Assembly (NCBI GenBank): GCA_016124735.1
Contig: WGMZ01000019.1
Location: 3,217-67,216, forward strand
DNA: 64,000 nt
Reading direction: 5' to 3'
From: Bacteroidota bacterium
Lineage (GTDB): Bacteria > Bacteroidota > Bacteroidia > UBA8524
Shown here: positions 59,403-64,000 of the stretch, piece after piece
Position numbering within the stretch: position 1 is the first letter of the stretch
Layout: each line of letters begins with the position of its first letter
Position numbers and translations under genes: made by a program
The notes under the pieces: generated by a model
Database searches by the model: none
Seen by the model: the letters and a program-made list of their open reading frames with translations, nothing else
What the model was told of the DNA's origin: nothing

Positions 59403-60212
59403 TTAATCGGCCTTATTCAAACTGTATTTAAGGTTGCTGGCACTCATGATATCTACCTTTACTGAGCCGACAAGAAGTCCGGCTTTCACGCGAAGGGGAA
59501 CCTTATTCTCATCATCGCTTACCCAAAGTTCCAATCCCTCCTGATCTTTAAAAACCCGGTCGGCAATTACCATGGGAATTACTTTTACTGCATTTATTTT
59601 TCCCAGGTCGGTCTTGATGACTTCCCGTTTCACAAATTTGATTTGCAGGTCGTGTACTTCTCCGTCGAGGTAAACTTGTAATGGAAAAACATCTCCTTTT
59701 TTGGCATCTTTTACATTGAGGGTTCTGGCGTAATAGATGGATGAAATAATGTCTTGCACTTCGCCGGAAAATGCCACACTGCCTTTGCGGGCGCTGTTTA
59801 CCTTTTTCTTTTTGTAATCGAAAATGGCAAAGTCGCTGTCTTTGTAAGAGCCTTCCTCCATAATTTTGGAGAATTGAATTGGCTGGCAGGAAGCAGTGTC
59901 AATATACGTTTGGTAATGATCCCGAACTTTATAGAACCAGTCAAATCCTGAATAGGACCTTCCTTTTGCGTGTACATGAAATACCGCTCTGTTGTTAATG
60001 GTCTTTAGCTCATCTTCAACGCTCATTTCAATCTCTCCGGCATCCAGCAGTCCATAGTGAACCCGATAATAAAGCGTTTCTCCCTTGGTCCATGCATCGT
60101 TTTCCCGAATATGAAAAAGAGTGTCTGTACCCGCGGCCGTTTGTTGGGGTATTTCTTTAAGCAGAGGACTGCCGGCCATAAGAGCCGATATAAGTGGAAG
60201 GAATAGTTTCAT
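59403..60212 (-). CDS. DUF3108-like secreted protein (hypothetical)
   Basis: Signal peptide, then GETLYYRVHYGLLDAGEIEMSV, which resembles the DUF3108 N-terminal block. This is a pattern-memory assignment. Confidence 0.45.
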   Translation of the reverse strand: MKLFLPLISALMAGSPLLKEIPQQTAAGTDTLFHIRENDAWTKGETLYYRVHYGLLDAGEIEMSVEDELKTINNRAVFHVHAKGRSYSGFDWFYKVRDHYQTYIDTASCQPIQFSKIMEEGSYKDSDFAIFDYKKKKVNSARKGSVAFSGEVQDIISSIYYARTLNVKDAKKGDVFPLQVYLDGEVHDLQIKFVKREVIKTDLGKINAVKVIPMVIADRVFKDQEGLELWVSDDENKVPLRVKAGLLVGSVKVDIMSASNLKYSLNKAD

Positions 60213-60285
60213 GGCTCATCGTATTTGAAGAGTAAAATTCAAAAGATGTTCCAAACTAAATAACAAGAGCGAAAATTGGCTTAGC

Positions 60286-61026
60286 TTATTTGTAGTATAG
60301 CACCTCGCCGGGCCCTTTTCCGCTTACTATGAGCGTATCTACTGGTTTCACATGATAATAGACATCGCCTGTGTTTTCCATCTTACATGTCAAACGTTTT
60401 TCTGCCCGGATATGAATGGCATTCAATCCATATTGATAGATGAACGCATCATTGCAATCCAGTTCTGCGCCAGAGTATTCACCCGTTTCATAGTTGATTA
60501 TTTCCAATACTTCACAGGCTCCTTTTACGTTTACCTGTCCGGCCTGCCAATGTTGTAGCCAAAATGCCCGAACCTGAATATTCAGGTTTTGATCATGCGT
60601 GCTTTTATGGATCATCGTGATGTGATCGGCAAATAATGTATCCTCGCAAGAGAATGAGGCATCATCCATTGAATAAAGATACTGAAGCGAGTCTACATAG
60701 ACATCACATCGAATGCGGTCTTTTAATGAACGCAACCATTTGCAGCGATTCTTATCCTGGAGCATTAATAAATCTCCTTTTACTTCTGTTCGAAGCCCAC
60801 TGAATAAGTTCCCTGGGCCACTGAGCTCAATAGTGCCCAGTTTCGAGGGGTCGAAATGTAAAAGGACATCAATTCTGTCTTCTGCCTGAATGGAATGGAA
60901 AGGGCCTGTTTGTCTGACAATGGTAGCAAAGTCGCCCTTCTCTGTGCAATCCTGTTCAATCTTGTTGCAAGAAAGAAAATGAAGGCCAATGATTAATGCT
61001 GCAATATGGTATACGCGATTCCCCAT
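60286..61026 (-). CDS. Hypothetical lipoprotein
   Basis: Lipobox MGNRVYHIAALIIGLHFLSC. A coding-like ORF that overlaps the upstream gene by 34 nt. Confidence 0.4.
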   Translation of the reverse strand: MGNRVYHIAALIIGLHFLSCNKIEQDCTEKGDFATIVRQTGPFHSIQAEDRIDVLLHFDPSKLGTIELSGPGNLFSGLRTEVKGDLLMLQDKNRCKWLRSLKDRIRCDVYVDSLQYLYSMDDASFSCEDTLFADHITMIHKSTHDQNLNIQVRAFWLQHWQAGQVNVKGACEVLEIINYETGEYSGAELDCNDAFIYQYGLNAIHIRAEKRLTCKMENTGDVYYHVKPVDTLIVSGKGPGEVLYYK

Positions 61027-62087
61027 TCGAAATAATCAGCTCGTGCAAAATGTGTTTTTAAAGAAAAGCTGGCCAGCAGGTTTTTGTTGATTTCGTATTT
61101 GAATCCGACCCTTTGATAGACGGGCCCTTTATTCCATTTGGCTGCATACAGATAGATGCCGCCCTCCGTTACAAAATGCCAACGCCCCACTATAAGATCA
61201 TGTCCAAGCGTGAGTCCAACTTCTGCAGCGTCTTTTAGTTTTGGTTTTCCCTTCACGTCATCTGCATTGTCTCGGTAAAAATATCCCGGGTCATAAAAAA
61301 TATCCGCACCCCCGCTCACCCTAGATTTTGGAGTACATAGAAAATAATTGCGGTAGCCGATGATGCCTACAAATACCCGCTTTCGGTATACCAGTCCGGT
61401 TTCTTTGGTCGCAGCAGAAAATTTAAATTCCTGCCTTCGTTCGCGGGCACCTTTTTCATCTTTATAGCTGTATTTTTCGGCTGGTTTCCCTTTGGAAAGG
61501 TATCCCAATCCGAACCCAATTTCCACGCTATTCACCCCAAGGTTCGGCATTTTAAAGTTGGCATTGGAAAAGTGGGTGATTCCTGCAAGAGCCGAAATTT
61601 CAATCTGCTTACTGAGCATGAGATGATAGATGAAATGTACTCTCATGTTGGCATTGATATGAGAGCCAATGGCCTTATTTTCTAAATTGACCATGCTCCA
61701 GGTCTTGGTTAAATATCCGATACCTGAGCCCAATCGAAAATTAAGTTCTTGTCTTGGTTTATTAAGAATCTTGAACTCGATATAAGGTAAAATACCAAAA
61801 GCCTTTCCGGATATATTGCTGCCTAAATCAAGATAGGTAAGGTTAAATCCGATTCGTGGCGACCTGTATAGTCTTGCCCAGTTTAAATCCTGATCCTGAG
61901 TGAACCAGCTAAAATTTAATTCCAGCGTATGGGTGGCCGCCTCCATGGGAAGCATGGTTTTTCGGTGCGCCCACATGTATCCAAAATTGGAATTGACGCC
62001 AATATTTGGTCCTCCCGCAAAGACAAAGGGGACAGCAGTAACTATCCATGCCAGGAAGAAAACTGAGCGCCAGCCTTGAAGTTTCAT
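60993..62087 (-). CDS. Hypothetical outer-membrane (beta-barrel-like) protein
   Basis: A signal peptide, an alternating beta-strand pattern, and a C-terminal aromatic residue. The start overlaps the ALDH stop by 1 nt. Confidence 0.4.
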   Translation of the reverse strand: MKLQGWRSVFFLAWIVTAVPFVFAGGPNIGVNSNFGYMWAHRKTMLPMEAATHTLELNFSWFTQDQDLNWARLYRSPRIGFNLTYLDLGSNISGKAFGILPYIEFKILNKPRQELNFRLGSGIGYLTKTWSMVNLENKAIGSHINANMRVHFIYHLMLSKQIEISALAGITHFSNANFKMPNLGVNSVEIGFGLGYLSKGKPAEKYSYKDEKGARERRQEFKFSAATKETGLVYRKRVFVGIIGYRNYFLCTPKSRVSGGADIFYDPGYFYRDNADDVKGKPKLKDAAEVGLTLGHDLIVGRWHFVTEGGIYLYAAKWNKGPVYQRVGFKYEINKNLLASFSLKTHFARADYFEWGIAYTILQH

Positions 62088-63637
62088 TAGATATCGAAGT
62101 GAATGCCCTGAGCCAGAGGTATATCGCTGCTGTAATTGATGGTGTTAGTTTGCCTGCGCATGTATGCCTTCCAGGCATCAGAACCGGATTCTCTTCCTCC
62201 TCCGGTTTCTTTTTCTCCTCCAAATGCCCCGCCGATTTCCGCACCTGAAGTGCCTATATTGACATTGGCAATACCGCAATCGGATCCGGCTGCAGACAAG
62301 AATTGTTCTGTTTCTTTTAAGCTGTCGCTGAAAATGGCAGAACTCAACCCTTGTTTTACATTATTTTGAATGGCAATAGCTTCTTCGAGTTCGTCGTATT
62401 GCATTAAATAGAGGATAGGAGCAAAGGTTTCTTCCTGCACAATGGGCATTTCATTTTTCACCTCCGCCAGGCAAGGCACAACATAATTTCCCAAAGAGCT
62501 GTCTTCTGAATAAAGAGTGCCCCCATAAATTATTTTTCCGCCTTGTTCTTTGACGGCTTCCACAGCCTTCAAAAATTGCTCAACCGCTGCTTTATCTATC
62601 ATTGGCCCTACCAGTGTGTCTTTTTCAAGTGGAGATCCAATCCTCAATTGGGGATAGATGCCGAGTAATCGCTCTTTCACTTGTTCGTAAATAGATGAAT
62701 GAATAATCAATCTTCGAGTGGATGTACAACGTTGTCCGCATGTGCCAACTGCTCCGAAGACTACTCCTTGCAGAGCCATATTTAAATCTGCATTAGGTGT
62801 AAGGATGATGGCATTATTTCCTCCTAATTCCAGTAATGAGCGGCCGAGACGCGCTCCAACAGCAGCGCCTACTTTTTTACCCATACGGGTGGAACCGGTG
62901 GCGGATACCAATGGAACACGGGTGTCATTGGACATGAGTTCTCCGATACGGTAATCTCCAATAATGAGATTGAAAACGCCTTCCGGAATTTCGTTATCAG
63001 CCAATACATTTTTTAGGATATGTTGGCAGGCAATAGCTGACAATGGTGTTTTTTCTGATGGCTTCCAGATACATACATCGCCACAAACAGCAGCGAGCAT
63101 TGCATTCCAGCTCCATACTGCTACTGGAAAATTGAACGCGGAAATGATGCCCACAATTCCCAAAGGATGCCATTGCTCGTACATTCTGTGCGATGGACGT
63201 TCACTGTGCATGGTAAGACCATGGAGCTGCCGCGACAAGCCCACGGCAAAGTCGCAGATATCAATCATCTCCTGCACTTCTCCCAAACCTTCCTGAAGAA
63301 TTTTACCCATTTCGTAGGAAACAAGGGTGCCTAATTCCTGCTTGTATTCGCGTAATTTTTCTCCATACTGGCGAATGATTTCACCGCGTTTCGGAGCGGG
63401 AATCTTGCGCCACACAACAAAAGCCTCTTGCGCTTTTTTTATAATTGTCTCATAATCATCCTTACTTGCCAAACTGACTGAAGCAATTTTATGCCCATTA
63501 ACAGGGCTAAATATTTCGCGGGTTTCCCGCCCTTCGGAAGCCAACCAGGTTTGACCTGTTGATGCGGCATTATTTTCGGGTAGGATGCCCAGCTCACTAA
63601 GGATGTGCTGAATGGATGTTGAGGCTTGTTGCGTCAT
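62087..63637 (-). CDS. Aldehyde dehydrogenase family protein, ALDH7 / piperideine-6-carboxylate (alpha-aminoadipic semialdehyde) dehydrogenase-like
   Basis: ALDH glutamate motif ELGGNNAIIL and the catalytic Cys in GQRCTSTRRL. The N-terminal region is colinear with antiquitin-type enzymes. Confidence 0.8.
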   Translation of the reverse strand: MTQQASTSIQHILSELGILPENNAASTGQTWLASEGRETREIFSPVNGHKIASVSLASKDDYETIIKKAQEAFVVWRKIPAPKRGEIIRQYGEKLREYKQELGTLVSYEMGKILQEGLGEVQEMIDICDFAVGLSRQLHGLTMHSERPSHRMYEQWHPLGIVGIISAFNFPVAVWSWNAMLAAVCGDVCIWKPSEKTPLSAIACQHILKNVLADNEIPEGVFNLIIGDYRIGELMSNDTRVPLVSATGSTRMGKKVGAAVGARLGRSLLELGGNNAIILTPNADLNMALQGVVFGAVGTCGQRCTSTRRLIIHSSIYEQVKERLLGIYPQLRIGSPLEKDTLVGPMIDKAAVEQFLKAVEAVKEQGGKIIYGGTLYSEDSSLGNYVVPCLAEVKNEMPIVQEETFAPILYLMQYDELEEAIAIQNNVKQGLSSAIFSDSLKETEQFLSAAGSDCGIANVNIGTSGAEIGGAFGGEKETGGGRESGSDAWKAYMRRQTNTINYSSDIPLAQGIHFDI

Positions 63638-63681
63638 ATAGCAAAGGTATAAAATGTGAGCTTAAAGTATAATTTTGCGGC

Positions 63682-64000
63682 ATGCTTCGTCGTAGCTTTT
63701 TTTGCCTGCAGTTTTTTCTGATCGGTTTTTTTGCTCAAGCTCAGGGTGAATCTCAGCTCCACATAGGCGTAGGAAGTCTTAGCGATTTTTATCCTTTAAA
63801 CTATAATGGTAAAATTTACCAGGCCACGGCTTTGGGTGCAGGGGTGCGTATAGGTTTTGAAAAGGAATGGAAACAGCTGGGTTCCGGACACTTCAATATT
63901 GGAGGCATCGTTTCTTTTGGGAAAAGTACGGGAACCTATGGCATCCCCGGACATAGGGTTCAGCTTACCTGGACACATGTCGTTTGTGCTGCTCGTTTAG
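63682..64000 (+). CDS. Hypothetical secreted protein, 5' portion (runs off the window end)
   Basis: The ATG at 63682 opens a frame to the window end with no stop. Signal peptide MLRRSFFCLQFFLIGFFAQAQ. It is missing from the supplied ORF track because it has no stop codon. Confidence 0.35.
   Translation, partial: MLRRSFFCLQFFLIGFFAQAQGESQLHIGVGSLSDFYPLNYNGKIYQATALGAGVRIGFEKEWKQLGSGHFNIGGIVSFGKSTGTYGIPGHRVQLTWTHVVCAARL

Noticed and set aside
1-64000. tRNA, rRNA or other structured RNA genes in the intergenic gaps (13315–13652, 19851–19951, 20789–20891, 25211–25640, 33766–34444, 43700–43922, 49097–49242, 51570–51656)
   Set aside because: I saw no cloverleaf-compatible 70–90-nt GC-rich segment or rRNA-like sequence in any gap. 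The gaps contain terminators, AT-rich promoter DNA or the tandem repeats.
1-64000. A mobile element, prophage or defence island somewhere in the window
   Set aside because: I found no transposase, integrase, recombinase, phage structural, restriction-modification or toxin-antitoxin genes. Gene content is housekeeping plus surface and T9SS proteins. The only repeat-bounded segment (25.4–34.4 kb) carries core metabolic genes, not cargo typical of islands.

Overview
This 64-kb window looks like an ordinary chromosomal segment from a member of the phylum Bacteroidota. Nearly all of it is coding on both strands, and I found no rRNA, tRNA, CRISPR array, transposase, integrase or phage genes.

The first 12.6 kb is a complete Bacteroidetes-type division and cell-wall (dcw) cluster: ftsI (3' part), murE, mraY, murD, ftsW, murG, murC, ftsQ, ftsA and ftsZ, ending in a clean intrinsic terminator. 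A YqgE/AlgH-family gene follows, then a 2065-aa cell-surface protein with a type IX secretion system (T9SS) C-terminal sorting domain. Downstream are recJ, lptB, purF, aroQ, a second T9SS cargo protein, a purine nucleoside phosphorylase, and an overlapping operon (rlmD, an unknown 124-aa gene, a family-2 glycosyltransferase, an aldose-1-epimerase-like gene). Next come an NhaC-like transporter, an ECF-sigma / FecR / STN-TonB-receptor / DUF4249 cell-surface-signalling locus, an ABC exporter, an amidohydrolase, a lytic transglycosylase, an isocitrate-dehydrogenase-like gene, purQ, ruvA, the 2369-aa T9SS translocon SprA, and an aldehyde dehydrogenase. These Bacteroidota, T9SS and synteny calls rest on domain patterns I recognise, not on any search.

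The most unusual things I can support from the sequence are these:
1. Two related, same-orientation tandem arrays of a 71/72-bp repeat sit in intergenic spaces about 8.5 kb apart and bracket a block of housekeeping genes. Array B carries a 4-nt hypervariable position.
2. The giant T9SS cargo protein has an N-terminal polyglycine domain that closely resembles the ALK/LTK glycine-rich ligand-binding domain.
3. Several lineage-specific or oddly organised genes: a 71-nt same-strand gene overlap, a C-terminally extended isocitrate-dehydrogenase-like gene, an AlbA_2/wHTH protein, and orphan secreted proteins.

I could not run any searches. All functional calls come from motif and pattern recognition and should be confirmed with HMM or BLAST searches.
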